A stretch of DNA of 60,841 nt from Dehalococcoidia bacterium. GTDB taxonomy: Bacteria; Chloroflexota; Dehalococcoidia; Dehalococcoidales; UBA1222. A model generated the notes under the pieces. It was given only the letters and a program-made list of their open reading frames with translations. It made no database searches and was not told where the DNA came from. The first letter of the stretch is position 1, and every line of letters begins with the position of its first letter. The translations under genes and the position numbers were made by a program. The DNA is taken from the NCBI GenBank assembly GCA_009776735.1, contig WRNG01000001.1, positions 1 to 60,841 of the forward strand, given 5' to 3'. Positions 1 through 9,931 of this stretch are shown piece after piece.

Positions 1-154
1 AGACCCCATCTCGGGCTAGAGATGAAAACCCCATTATCTTATGTCAGTCAGGAGGGATGACTGGTAGATATTTACGGAGAATATTTCGAAAACTTTAATT
101 CCGTTGTTAAAGCTGGTATGATATGAGCTTATTTCTCAAAACCGCTTCTTAAGT

Positions 155-1249
155 GTGAACAAAAAAATGAAAGCTGTTATATTAGTAGGCGGGCTAGGAA
201 CAAGGTTAAGGCCATTAACTTGGAACACTCCCAAATCCTTAGTTCCTGTTCTCAATCGACCATTCCTGGAGTATGTTTTGCGACATCTCAAAGAACAGGG
301 TATAGATGAGATTGTGCTGGCGCTTTCCAATCTCGCTGTTCCCATCAAAGAGTGTTTCGGTAATGGGCACCATCTTGGGGTCAAACTCGTCTATGTCGTG
401 GAAGAATCGGCGCTTGGCACTGCCGGCGCATTTAAGAACGCCTCTGAATTGTTAACCGACACTTTCTTCGTTTTAAACGGCGACGTCTTTTCTCTCCTTG
501 ACTTTCACTCTATGCTAGAATTCCATAAACGACAAAACTCTCTGGTTACCATTGCCACCATCCCTGTCGATGATCCAACACCCTTTGGGCTGGTAGAAAC
601 TGCCCCCGATAAACGTATAACTCGATTCTTAGAAAAACCTATGCCCATAGAAGTAACCACTAATTTCATCAATGCCGGCGCCTATATTCTTGAACCAAGC
701 GTACTGGATTCCATCCCCTACGACACAACCTACAGTGCAGAAAAACAACTTTTTCCCAATCTACTGGCGAACAATGGCAGATTGTTCGCTTTCCCTTCAA
801 CAGGTTACTGGATTGATATTGGCAATCCACAAAAATATCGTGACTTAAATTTTGACCTGCTGTCTGGACAGGGAGATTGCGACTTCCATGGCAAACAAGA
901 GGTTATAATCGGTGATGGTTGCCAAATCCACCCTCAGACCAAACTTGAGGGACCGGTTCTGGTGGGAGACAACTGTGTGATTGAGGAGGGTGCCGTCATT
1001 TCAGGACCGGTCGTCATCGGTAATAATTGCCATGTTGGAGAAAGAGCGTTTATTACTGACTCGATTATCTGGAACGAAACGACTATCGCAACCGGTTGCC
1101 GTTTCATTTCCAGTATTGCGGCAACCGGTTGTGAATTACAGGCTGGGAGTTGCGCCGAAAAGGCAATTCTGGCAGATTATGTTACACTTATTGAAAATTT
1201 CAGATTAACTTCTGGCTCGGTTATTGAGCCGCAACAAATTCTCGGATAA
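155..1249 (+). CDS. Sugar-phosphate nucleotidyltransferase (mannose-1-phosphate guanylyltransferase-like) with C-terminal left-handed beta-helix
   Basis: N-terminal KAVILVGGLGTRLRPLT (GxGTRLxPLT nucleotidyltransferase signature). C-terminal hexapeptide-type repeats (IGDGCQI, VGDNCVI, IGNNCHV). Track start 155 is GTG; ATG at 167 (MKAVIL...) is equally plausible. Confidence 0.8.
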   Translation: MNKKMKAVILVGGLGTRLRPLTWNTPKSLVPVLNRPFLEYVLRHLKEQGIDEIVLALSNLAVPIKECFGNGHHLGVKLVYVVEESALGTAGAFKNASELLTDTFFVLNGDVFSLLDFHSMLEFHKRQNSLVTIATIPVDDPTPFGLVETAPDKRITRFLEKPMPIEVTTNFINAGAYILEPSVLDSIPYDTTYSAEKQLFPNLLANNGRLFAFPSTGYWIDIGNPQKYRDLNFDLLSGQGDCDFHGKQEVIIGDGCQIHPQTKLEGPVLVGDNCVIEEGAVISGPVVIGNNCHVGERAFITDSIIWNETTIATGCRFISSIAATGCELQAGSCAEKAILADYVTLIENFRLTSGSVIEPQQILG

Positions 1250-1271
1250 CACTCAAAACAGGAGGAATGAC

Positions 1272-3230
1272 ATGACTACAATTGGTAATAACAGCGGAGA
1301 GAATCTTCATACCAATGAATTCGTATGGTCGCTTAAATGCTACCAAGCTCTCTACCGGCGTTCAATCGACGACCCGGAAGGGTTTTGGGCGGAGCAGGCC
1401 AGCGCTCTCACATGGGAGAAGACTTGGGATAAAGTGCTAGACTGGAACCCGCCTTATGGGCGCTGGTTTAAAGGAGGAAAACTTAATGCCTCCGTTCAGT
1501 GCGTTGATCGTCACGCTCAAAGCGAAAAGCGCCACAAAGTTGCGCTATACTGGGAGGGAGAAACCGGTGACACACGTACTATCACGTACAATGATCTCTT
1601 TATTGATGTCAACCGATTTGCGTCCGCTCTCAAAAAGATGGGGATTCAGAAAGGTGACCGTGTAGCCATTTATCTTCCCATGATACCTGAGTTAATCACT
1701 GCCATGTTGGCTTGCGCTCGCCTTGGGGCCATACATTGCGTGATATTCTCTGGTTTTAGCGCCCAAGCAATTGCGGATCGTGTTAACGACTCCAAAGCAA
1801 AACTTATTATCACTTCCAGCGGTGGCTACCGCCGCGGCAAGATACTGGCCTTGAAAGAAATTGTGGACGAAGCTGTCACAAAATGCCCCACCGTTGAGAA
1901 AGTTCTATTGGTAAAATACACCTCTCACAATCCACCGATAAATACCGAGAAGGATATTTGGTTGTCCGATATCCTTGATGGCGACGGCACTTATGTTAAG
2001 CCAGAATCGATGGACTCCACTGACCCTCTCTTTATCCTATACACCTCAGGCACTACCGGTACACCCAAAGGAATTTTGCATGGTACTGGTGGTTACTTAC
2101 TGTATGCTTCCAAAACAATGCAGTGGGCCTTTAACCCCAGCCAAGAGTCGATTTACTGGTGCACAGCTGACGCCGGTTGGATTACCGGACATAGCTATTT
2201 GGTTTACGCCCCACTGGTTCTGGGTTTAACCTCGGTGATATACGAAGGCGCTCCTGACTTCCCTGCCATCGACCGCTGGTGGCAAATCATTGAGAAGTAC
2301 AGAGTAAATATCTTTTATACATCTCCGACTGCGATACGCATGTTTATGCGTAATGGCGAAGAGTGGGTTACTAAGCATGACCTTTCCAGCGTACAAGTAA
2401 TGGGCTCGGTGGGCGAAGCCATTAATCCTGAGGCTTGGCGCTGGTATTATAAATACATCGGTGCTGAAAACTGTCCTATTGTCGATACCTGGTGGCAAAC
2501 AGAGACCGGCGGGTTTATGATCTCCCCATGCATCGGTATCCAAACATACCCTCTGAAACCGGGCTCCGCCACCTTCCCCATGCCCGGAGTTGACCCCGTT
2601 GTCCTTGATTCCAATGGTCAAGAAGCCGGACTCAATAAAACCGGTGTTATTGCCATTCGTAAACCTTGGCCGGGGATGCTGCTCGATGTGTATCAAAACG
2701 CTGAGTTGTATCAGAAAACTTACTGGTCGCGTTTCCCCGGATATTACGCGCCGGGTGATTTCTCCATGAAAGACGATGATGGCTATTGGTGGTTATTGGG
2801 ACGCGCCGATGAAGTGATAAAAGTATCAGGGCATCGCATTAGTACCGCCGAACTTGAACATGCCATTGTGGGGCATAATGCCGTGGCTGAAGCCGCTGCC
2901 ACCGCCAAACCGGATGAGGTCAAAGGCGAGGCTATCGTGTTGTTTGTCATTCTGCATGCCGGAAGCGTTGGCAGCACCGACCAGAAAAAAGAAATCATAA
3001 AATATATGCGCACCGCAATTGGAACTGTCGCTACACCTGATGATGTTATCTTTGTCGATAAATTGCCCAAAACGCGTTCCGGTAAAATTATGCGTCGCGT
3101 CTTAAAAGCGGTGGCATCTGGCACACCAATTGGCGATGTAACCACACTGGACGACCAAACTTCTGTGGAAGAAGTCATCGCGGCCTATGAAGAACTGAAA
3201 GCAGCCACCACCAAGTCTCTCCAAGGTTAG
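1272..3230 (+). CDS. acs: Acetyl-CoA synthetase (AMP-forming)
   Basis: 652 aa. AMP-binding motif YTSGTTGTPKG, WWQTETGG, C-terminal KTRSGKIMRR. AGGAGG SD at 1260-1265 precedes ATG 1272; the track ORF starts further upstream at 1224 and overlaps the previous gene. Confidence 0.92.
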   Translation: MTTIGNNSGENLHTNEFVWSLKCYQALYRRSIDDPEGFWAEQASALTWEKTWDKVLDWNPPYGRWFKGGKLNASVQCVDRHAQSEKRHKVALYWEGETGDTRTITYNDLFIDVNRFASALKKMGIQKGDRVAIYLPMIPELITAMLACARLGAIHCVIFSGFSAQAIADRVNDSKAKLIITSSGGYRRGKILALKEIVDEAVTKCPTVEKVLLVKYTSHNPPINTEKDIWLSDILDGDGTYVKPESMDSTDPLFILYTSGTTGTPKGILHGTGGYLLYASKTMQWAFNPSQESIYWCTADAGWITGHSYLVYAPLVLGLTSVIYEGAPDFPAIDRWWQIIEKYRVNIFYTSPTAIRMFMRNGEEWVTKHDLSSVQVMGSVGEAINPEAWRWYYKYIGAENCPIVDTWWQTETGGFMISPCIGIQTYPLKPGSATFPMPGVDPVVLDSNGQEAGLNKTGVIAIRKPWPGMLLDVYQNAELYQKTYWSRFPGYYAPGDFSMKDDDGYWWLLGRADEVIKVSGHRISTAELEHAIVGHNAVAEAAATAKPDEVKGEAIVLFVILHAGSVGSTDQKKEIIKYMRTAIGTVATPDDVIFVDKLPKTRSGKIMRRVLKAVASGTPIGDVTTLDDQTSVEEVIAAYEELKAATTKSLQG

Positions 3231-3249
3231 CTGGATTAACAGAATCTCA

Positions 3250-3289
3250 GAATGGAGTCCTGTCTATGTACAGGACTCCATTCTCGTTT
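3250..3289 (+). terminator. Intrinsic terminator after acs
   Basis: Perfect 14-bp stem GAATGGAGTCCTGT / ACAGGACTCCATTC (3250-3263 / 3270-3283), 6-nt loop, followed by TCGTTT. Confidence 0.7.
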
Positions 3290-3333
3290 AACAATTATCA
3301 TTTGCCCTGCTAAAATTTGCCAAGGAAATAAAT

Positions 3334-4404
3334 ATGTTAGATCGCTTAGCTCAACTGGAAATACGTTATAACGATATTGAACTGGAAATGGCCAACCCTG
3401 ATACGATTTCAGACGTTAAAAGGCTGCAAGAATTAGCCCAAGAACGCTCGGGAATTGAGGATGTCGTCGCTCTTTATCGACAGTATAAGAAAATTGAAAA
3501 ACAGCATGAAGATACCTTGTATATGCTGGAAACTGAGACTGATGAAGAATTACGCACTATGGCCAAACAAGAACTAGTTCCGCTTGAAAGTGCGCTTGAA
3601 CAGTTTTTGCATGAGCTTAAAATTGCCCTCCTGCCCCGCGATCCCAATGACCGACGTGACGTTATTGTCGAAATAAGAGCTGGTACAGGAGGCGATGAAG
3701 CTGGTATTTTTGCGGCAGATTTATTCCGCATGTATCTTCGTTACGCTCAAACACACAACTGGAGTACCGAAATAATTGATAAAAACGAATCGGCCATAGG
3801 CAGTCTCAAAGAAGTCGTTTTTGAGATTAAAGGCAAAGGAGCTTTCTCACGCTTAAAGTACGAACGTGGAGTCCACCGTGTTCAACGAGTACCAGTTACC
3901 GAATCTGGTGGGCGTATTCATACCTCGACTGCCACCGTCGCTGTTTTACCGGAAGCCGACGATGTAGAAATCGATATTAACCCATCTGATTTGCGCGTCG
4001 ATATTTTCCATTCCGGCGGTGCCGGTGGACAAAACGTCAACAAAGTAGCTACTGCCGTCAGGTTGACTCATATCCCATCCGGATTAGTGGTAGTATGCCA
4101 AGATGAACGCTCTCAACTGCGTAATCGTCAAAAAGCCATGGCAGTACTGCGAGCGAGATTGCTTGAAGCCAAACAAGTTGAACATGAGAACGAAATTTCC
4201 TCTGAACGACGGACTCAAGTGGGAAACGCTGAGCGTGCTGAAAAAATCCGCACCTATAACTTTCCCCAAGACAGAGTTACTGATCACCGTATCGGCATTT
4301 CCATGCACAACCTACCTAAAATCATGGACGGGGGATTAGATGAATTGATTGATGCCGTCGCCGCCAGCGAGCAAGCCAAACTTCTTGAATCAGAACTAGT
4401 ATGA
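3334..4404 (+). CDS. prfA: Peptide chain release factor 1
   Basis: 356 aa. RF1-type PxT tripeptide (RVPVTES) and GGQ motif ([12 protein letters not shown]). Confidence 0.95.
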   Translation: MLDRLAQLEIRYNDIELEMANPDTISDVKRLQELAQERSGIEDVVALYRQYKKIEKQHEDTLYMLETETDEELRTMAKQELVPLESALEQFLHELKIALLPRDPNDRRDVIVEIRAGTGGDEAGIFAADLFRMYLRYAQTHNWSTEIIDKNESAIGSLKEVVFEIKGKGAFSRLKYERGVHRVQRVPVTESGGRIHTSTATVAVLPEADDVEIDINPSDLRVDIFHSGGAGGQNVNKVATAVRLTHIPSGLVVVCQDERSQLRNRQKAMAVLRARLLEAKQVEHENEISSERRTQVGNAERAEKIRTYNFPQDRVTDHRIGISMHNLPKIMDGGLDELIDAVAASEQAKLLESELV

Positions 4405-5255
4405 AGTTAATCGAGGCTCTCAATTTTCTTCACCAACGTTTCAACTCCGCCGACATTGAAGAAGCCCAACTGGAATCGGAGTTACTGATTAGGCATGTGT
4501 TGGGTTATGATGCCGGTCAATTATTCCTGCACTACGAGCGAAAACTAACCTCTGCCGAAGAATCTTTGCTGCAGTCTTTTCTCTTCCGTCGTTTAAACGG
4601 AGAACCGCTGGCATATATTGTTGGACACCGCGAATTTTATGGATTGGAATTCTACCTAAACTCTCATGTACTGATTCCCCGTCCGGAAACCGAGCATCTG
4701 GTTGAAAAAGTTCTTGAGTTAGCTCAATTTCAGACGGAAACGACCATTGCCGATATCGGGACAGGAAGCGGGATTATTGCTGTCACACTAGCTCAATATT
4801 TACCTAAGGCAAAAATCTATGCCACTGATATTTCGCTTAAGGCCTTGGAAGTAGCTCGCAGTAACGCGTCACGTCACGCCGTTGACTCAAAGATTACATT
4901 TCTTAAAGGGGATCTTTTGAATCCACTGCCAGAAACCATCGACATTATTATTGCCAATTTACCTTATGTCAAATCAATGGATTGTCGGGACAGCTTTGAG
5001 CCACTGATTGCCTTGGACGGCGGAGTGGATGGACTTGAGGTTATTAAACGCCTTTGTGTGGCACTACCTGCCAAATTAAAGCCAGACGGGCAAGTGTTGC
5101 TTGAAATTGGGCAAGGGCAAGCGGAACAAGTTATTAACGCACTGCAAACAGTTCTGCCCAATATGCGCACCCAAACCATAAAAGACCTGTCAGGAATAGA
5201 AAGAATCGTCCATGGAGAGAATAACACACAGGCACCTCTAATTATGGACTACTGA
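4401..5255 (+). CDS. prmC: Release-factor glutamine N5-methyltransferase (HemK/PrmC)
   Basis: 284 aa. ATG overlaps the prfA stop (ATGA at 4401-4404). SAM-binding DIGTGSG. Motif IV reads NLPY (4956-4967) rather than canonical NPPY. Confidence 0.85.
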   Translation: MKLIEALNFLHQRFNSADIEEAQLESELLIRHVLGYDAGQLFLHYERKLTSAEESLLQSFLFRRLNGEPLAYIVGHREFYGLEFYLNSHVLIPRPETEHLVEKVLELAQFQTETTIADIGTGSGIIAVTLAQYLPKAKIYATDISLKALEVARSNASRHAVDSKITFLKGDLLNPLPETIDIIIANLPYVKSMDCRDSFEPLIALDGGVDGLEVIKRLCVALPAKLKPDGQVLLEIGQGQAEQVINALQTVLPNMRTQTIKDLSGIERIVHGENNTQAPLIMDY

Positions 5256-5327
5256 ACAGCCCAAAACTGGCACAAAAACGCGAGCATCTCAAGCTACTCT
5301 TTCTTGGCTACGGGGAATATCAAAAAG

Positions 5328-6890
5328 CTACTTTGGCATAGGCTTAACAGCATTACCTGAACCATTACTAACCGCAACGCTTGCTGTTTCCTCACTGAAT
5401 GAATAACACTTCTCAATATGCTCCTTAGCGGGAGCTTTTGTCAGCCAACTGACAACCGGAACAATTACAAACCCAGACACAATAGCCAGCGCACCAGAGT
5501 TAATCGGCGATCGCAAAAATTCTGGGAAGCTATTTCTGAAAAGTATATTGGAAACCATTAGCCCCACGCTGAACACAAAGCAACACCATACCGAAATCTT
5601 GCTGGTGCGTTTCCAATAAAGACCAAATAGGAAAGGCCCGAGGAAAGAACCCGCTAGGGCACCCCAGGAGACACCCATTAAGTCAGCGATATAGGAAAAT
5701 CGGTATTTGTCTTGGATTGCAGCTATGACAACAGAAAGAATAATAAAAACCACAATCAAAAAGCGCACACTAAACAGCGTCTGCCTATTATCCATTTTCT
5801 TGACTACATGCCCCCTGATAAAGTCCAGGGTTAAAGTTGACGAAGAGGACATCACCAAAGACGACAAAGTGGATATCGACGCCGCAAATACGAGAACAAT
5901 GATGCCCCCAACCATGATGTCCGGAAATTTGGAAAGCATAGTAGGCACAATGGAATCGTACAAAGGAGTCCCGTTGGTATTGTAAAGCACTTCACTAGCG
6001 TATAACCTGCCGAAGCTTCCCAGAAAATAGCAACCACCGGCAACAATCAAAGCAAAAACAGTGGAAATTACCATACCTCGCGATATCGCTTTCTCCGATT
6101 TAATTGAATAGAATTTAGCCACCATTTGCGGCATTCCCCATGCGCCAAACGAAGTCAGCACAACTACGCATAGAAGATTAAAAGGTTCAGGCCCGAAAAA
6201 TGATGTAAAAACCCCCGGCGCCACTGACGGGTCTGTAATATTTGCCAAGGAGGTTATGGCTGCCGTAAAACCACCATTATCATTCAAAACCGCTGCAACC
6301 ACCGCCACAATGCCGACTATCATTATTATTCCCTGAATAAAATCATTCACCGCCGTGGCAAAGTAGCCCCCTGCAACCACATATATTGCCGTAATAATCG
6401 CCATCCCAATAACACAGTAGATAAAATCAATATTAAACGCCATCGAGAAAAGCAGAGAAAGGCCATTATATAAAGCCGCGGTATATGGAATAAGGAAAAC
6501 AAAAACAATAACGGCCGCGCCAATTTTTAACCATTTCGAATTGTAACGAATACCGAAAAACTCCGGCATAGTGGTACTTTTAAGATGGCCAGTCATAATA
6601 CGTGTACGCCGCCCAAGTATCACCCAAGCCAAAAGTGAACCGATGAAGGCGTTCCCCAAACCTATCCACACCGCCGCTGTTCCAAACTCCCAACCGAATT
6701 TACCGGCATAACCGATAAATACAACAGCTGAAAAATATGAAGCGCCATATGCAAAAGCCGACAGCCAAGGACCGACTGATCGTCCAGCCAAGACAAAGCC
6801 AGCCACACTTGAAGCCCGCTTGCGGAAATAGATCCCGACAAAAATTGTAATGGCAAAAAACAGTAACAACAATAGAATTTTTATTACCAC
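5328..6890 (-). CDS. Sodium:solute symporter (SSS/SSF) family permease, T-box regulated
   Basis: 520 aa, hydrophobic throughout (about 13 TM). N-terminal FVLAGRSVGPWLSAFAYGASYFSA is typical of PutP/PanF/ActP-type SSS carriers. GTG start at 6890 preceded by SD AGAGGGGGG. A T-box leader lies directly upstream. Confidence 0.8.
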   Translation of the reverse strand: MVIKILLLLLFFAITIFVGIYFRKRASSVAGFVLAGRSVGPWLSAFAYGASYFSAVVFIGYAGKFGWEFGTAAVWIGLGNAFIGSLLAWVILGRRTRIMTGHLKSTTMPEFFGIRYNSKWLKIGAAVIVFVFLIPYTAALYNGLSLLFSMAFNIDFIYCVIGMAIITAIYVVAGGYFATAVNDFIQGIIMIVGIVAVVAAVLNDNGGFTAAITSLANITDPSVAPGVFTSFFGPEPFNLLCVVVLTSFGAWGMPQMVAKFYSIKSEKAISRGMVISTVFALIVAGGCYFLGSFGRLYASEVLYNTNGTPLYDSIVPTMLSKFPDIMVGGIIVLVFAASISTLSSLVMSSSSTLTLDFIRGHVVKKMDNRQTLFSVRFLIVVFIILSVVIAAIQDKYRFSYIADLMGVSWGALAGSFLGPFLFGLYWKRTSKISVWCCFVFSVGLMVSNILFRNSFPEFLRSPINSGALAIVSGFVIVPVVSWLTKAPAKEHIEKCYSFSEETASVAVSNGSGNAVKPMPK

Positions 6891-6918
6891 TTGGAGCCCC
6901 CCTCTTTATTTTTCTAAT

Positions 6919-6954
6919 TAAAAAATCGCCCTCGGAATTATATCCGAGGGCGAT
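6919..6954 (-). terminator. Terminator arm of the T-box switch
   Basis: 12-bp stem ATCGCCCTCGGA / TCCGAGGGCGAT (plus 6925-6936 / 6943-6954), followed on the minus strand by a U-run (plus A-run ending at 6925). Confidence 0.85.
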
Positions 6955-7208
6955 TTAATAACCGCGGTACCACCTCAGTTTCGCATAATCTCACGACCAT
7001 GCACTCATCGGGTAACCATACCCACAATGTCATAACGGACACCACCCGTCGCATCCTACTTAACAGCGAAACAACTATCGCACCTGTTCAGAGCGAAGCT
7101 CCCGAGATGTATTCGTCAATCTGCGTTTCATCGGCTTACACCATCCGCCGACTCTCTTTGAAATCGCTGTGAAAGACTACTTATTCCCGATCATCACCTT
7201 TAAAACAA
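6919..7208 (-). promoter_or_regulatory. T-box leader (tRNA-sensing riboswitch), probable Tyr (UAC) specifier
   Basis: Read on the minus strand: AG-bay AGAGAG (plus 7152-7157) and distal loop GGATGGTGTAA closed by TCGGC/GCCGA. Specifier-loop 3' side is GAA-UAC-A (codon = plus 7109-7111). T-box core GGTGGTACCGCG (plus 6963-6974). Antiterminator GAGG[UGGUACC]GCG...CGC-CCUC competes with the terminator stem. Confidence 0.85.
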
Positions 7209-7214
7209 TTGCAA

Positions 7215-7243
7215 TTTATACATCAATAAAAACTGTTTGTCAA
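7215..7243 (-). promoter_or_regulatory. Sigma-70-type promoter for the T-box leader/permease
   Basis: On the minus strand TTGACA (plus 7238-7243), a 17-nt spacer, then TATAAA (plus 7215-7220). Confidence 0.6.
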
Positions 7244-7281
7244 ATATCCTTCTTGCACGGCTCCGCAAATTAATCCCCGGC

Positions 7282-7324
7282 AACGAAAATCGGTTCCGCA
7301 ACAAACTACGCGGTATTGGAACCG
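7282..7324 (-). terminator. Putative terminator after the EF-G paralog
   Basis: Minus strand CGGTTCC...GGAACCG stem (plus 7291-7297 / 7318-7324), inner CCGC/GCGG pairing, then ATTTTCGTT. Confidence 0.45.
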
Positions 7325-7348
7325 CTCACAATAAACTGCCTGCAAGTT

Positions 7349-9424
7349 CTATTTGGAAGCCTCTTCTTTGGCTTTTTCGGCCTGCCTGTCGGCAATCACT
7401 TTTTGGGTAATATTGGCCGGGACTTCCTTGTAGTAAGCAAACTCCATACTGTATGTTCCGCGCCCTTGGGTAATACTTTTCAAATCAGTGGCATAACGGA
7501 GTACCTCAGCCATTGGAGCCTCGGCATCAATCACGTTAATCCCACCTTCCGGATTCATACCCATAACCTGTGCACGCTTAGTATTGAGATCGGACAGAAT
7601 ATCACCGGTAAAATCGTTGGGTACGGTTATCTTTAAATTAACAATTGGCTCAAGCAGGACCGGTCTGCCTTCCAGCATCCCCTGCTTGAGCGCCCCGGCG
7701 CCCGCGATTTTAAAACAGATTTCCGACGAATCGACAGGATGATAGCTTCCATCCACCAATATGCATTTTATGCCCACGACTGGGTAGCCAGCAAGCGCAC
7801 CTTCTTTCAGCCCTTCCTGAATTCCTTTCTCAACAGCCGGAACATAGTTTTTGGGAACAGTACCGCCAACCACTTTATTCTCAAATTCGTTGGCAGCTCC
7901 TTGCGGTAATGGTTCAAAATTCATTACAACATGCCCATATTGGCCATGTCCACCGGTCTGTTTTTTATGCTTATACTCGGCATGGGAAGGTGCCGTAATA
8001 CTCTCACGATAAGGAACTTTAGGGGTAACTAAATCGACACCTACACCAAATTTACTTTGCATTTTTTCACCGGCAACAGCCATCTGTGTATCACCCATCC
8101 CCGACAGAATCGTTTCATTGGTATCGGTATCACGTCTGATGTGCAGTGTCAGATCTTCCTCTGCCAAACGTGTCAATGCGGCTCCCATCTTATCAAGGTC
8201 AGCCTTTGTTTTAGGATAAACCGCAACACTATAAACAGGCTTGGGGAAAAGCAAAGATTCGAGTTTCACCGGCTGACTTTGCGCGCCGAGTGTGTCACCG
8301 GTAACAGTAACGTTGAGTTTAGCCACGCCACCAATATCGCCAGCTTCAATTTTGGCTACAGGGTTATGGGTTTTGCCTTGTACCAAGAATAACTGGCCGA
8401 TCCGTTCGACAGCATTTTGATTAACATTGAAAACCTGTGAGTTGCTTTCAATTGTACCGGAATAAACACGGAAATAAGTCAGCTTACCAACATAGGGGTC
8501 AGCCGTGGTTTTGAAAACTAAAGCAGCAGGGCTGGAAGAGGATGCTACCACTACATCTTTGACGGAAGAATCCGCGGCAACGGCTATTTTGCGCTGCAAT
8601 GGAGAAGGAAGATAGTTTATAATCGCTTCCATTAATTGCATCACGCCAATACCCGAAAGTGCCGAGCCGGCCATAATCGGAAAAATTTTCCCTTCTGAAA
8701 CCGCTTTTTTAAGCCCAAGACTCATTTCATCTGAAGTAAGCTCTTCACCGCCCAAATATTTCTCCATGAGAGTATCATCGCTTTCTGCAATGGTTTCCAT
8801 TAGTTTGTTTTGTAAAATTTTAGCCTGTTCGCTGAGTTCCGTTGGAAACGGAATTTCCTTGGATGGAAAATCGCTGTAGGCTTTCATGTACACAATATCG
8901 ACGACACCACTGAAACTGGTATTGGCGCCTATGGGAATTTGAATCGGTAAACAATGGTTCCCAAAACGGGCTTGAAACTGTTCCACAGTTTTGAAAAAAT
9001 TGGCGTTCTCACGGTCCATTTTATTAATGAAAATGAGGCGTGACTGCCCGACTTCCTGCGAATAATTCCAGTTAAGTTCGGTACCCACTTCAAGTCCGGA
9101 TGCTGCCGAAGCTAAAATGACAGAGCTTTCAGAGACGCGTACAGAGGCTTTAACCTCGCCGACAAAATCCAAATACCCTGGTGTGTCAAGGATATTGACC
9201 TTGGTATCATGCCATTCATACGGCAACAGAGAAAGGTTAATCGAGATGTGGCGCTTGATTTCATCTGGATCAAAATCGGATACGGTATTTCCAGCCTCAA
9301 TTTTACCCAACCGGGTGGTAGTGCCGGAAGCATAAAGCATAGCCTCAGCCAGCGTTGTCTTTCCAGCACTGTTATGTGACAGAAGCGCGACATTACGCAT
9401 ATTTTCCGGGGAGTACTGTTTCAT
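7349..9424 (-). CDS. Elongation factor G paralog (EF-G2-like translational GTPase)
   Basis: 691 aa. G motifs SHNSAGKTT (G1, deviates from canonical AHIDAGKTT), DTPGY (G3), NKMD (G4). Full five-domain EF-G length. Not in an rpsL-rpsG-fusA-tuf context. Confidence 0.85.
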   Translation of the reverse strand: MKQYSPENMRNVALLSHNSAGKTTLAEAMLYASGTTTRLGKIEAGNTVSDFDPDEIKRHISINLSLLPYEWHDTKVNILDTPGYLDFVGEVKASVRVSESSVILASAASGLEVGTELNWNYSQEVGQSRLIFINKMDRENANFFKTVEQFQARFGNHCLPIQIPIGANTSFSGVVDIVYMKAYSDFPSKEIPFPTELSEQAKILQNKLMETIAESDDTLMEKYLGGEELTSDEMSLGLKKAVSEGKIFPIMAGSALSGIGVMQLMEAIINYLPSPLQRKIAVAADSSVKDVVVASSSSPAALVFKTTADPYVGKLTYFRVYSGTIESNSQVFNVNQNAVERIGQLFLVQGKTHNPVAKIEAGDIGGVAKLNVTVTGDTLGAQSQPVKLESLLFPKPVYSVAVYPKTKADLDKMGAALTRLAEEDLTLHIRRDTDTNETILSGMGDTQMAVAGEKMQSKFGVGVDLVTPKVPYRESITAPSHAEYKHKKQTGGHGQYGHVVMNFEPLPQGAANEFENKVVGGTVPKNYVPAVEKGIQEGLKEGALAGYPVVGIKCILVDGSYHPVDSSEICFKIAGAGALKQGMLEGRPVLLEPIVNLKITVPNDFTGDILSDLNTKRAQVMGMNPEGGINVIDAEAPMAEVLRYATDLKSITQGRGTYSMEFAYYKEVPANITQKVIADRQAEKAKEEASK

Positions 9425-9609
9425 ATCAACCCTCTCTGTGTGCTAACAAGCTAACACAAATATTAAATTAACTAACGCCTACAAGGAGGCGGATTAGCCC
9501 AGATTGAATGCTTTTCTCTGTCATTAACCTTAAATAGTATTTATTTCATTAAACAGCCCCTAGACACGCCTCCATGGCATAGGAAAAGCATATTCAGCAG
9601 AAATACTTC

Positions 9610-9897
9610 CTACGTGAAAAATTTGAGAATAAACCATAGTACAACAATTATCAATAACGCGGCGACAGAAAACAGAACGATGCGTAACAGTTCTCGCGGG
9701 AGTTCAGCCATTCGCGCGTCCATCAATTCTTGGTTAGAGTCACTCTTGGCACTGACGACCCGACTCGGAGATACCGTTGTCACCACAACTTCCTCGACCG
9801 CTTCCATTTCCTTTTCGTTTACAGGAATGGCATCCTTGACTGCCGGAGCAGCCTTACTGTTATTCTTTGCTCTTCTTTGATGAATATTGCGAGCCAT
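9610..9897 (-). CDS. Small tail-anchored membrane protein, unknown function
   Basis: 95 aa. Basic N-terminus, acidic middle, single C-terminal TM (IVLFSVAALLIIVVLWFILKFF). SD GAAGGGG 6 nt upstream of the ATG. Confidence 0.55.
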   Translation of the reverse strand: MARNIHQRRAKNNSKAAPAVKDAIPVNEKEMEAVEEVVVTTVSPSRVVSAKSDSNQELMDARMAELPRELLRIVLFSVAALLIIVVLWFILKFFT

Positions 9898-9931
9898 CTA
9901 AAACCCCTTCATTTTCTAAACCCGCACCATT

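Noticed and set aside
1-60. Open frame running in from the left edge (...RPHLGLEMKTPLSYVSQEG stop at 58-60), possibly the 3' end of an upstream gene.
   Set aside because: Only 19 codons are visible. This cannot be identified or distinguished from noncoding sequence.
5328-6890. The idea that the SSS permease is the acetate permease ActP partnering the nearby acs gene.
   Set aside because: It is on the opposite strand and separated from acs by prfA-prmC. It has its own promoter and a T-box leader, which senses uncharged tRNA and therefore argues for an amino-acid-related substrate.
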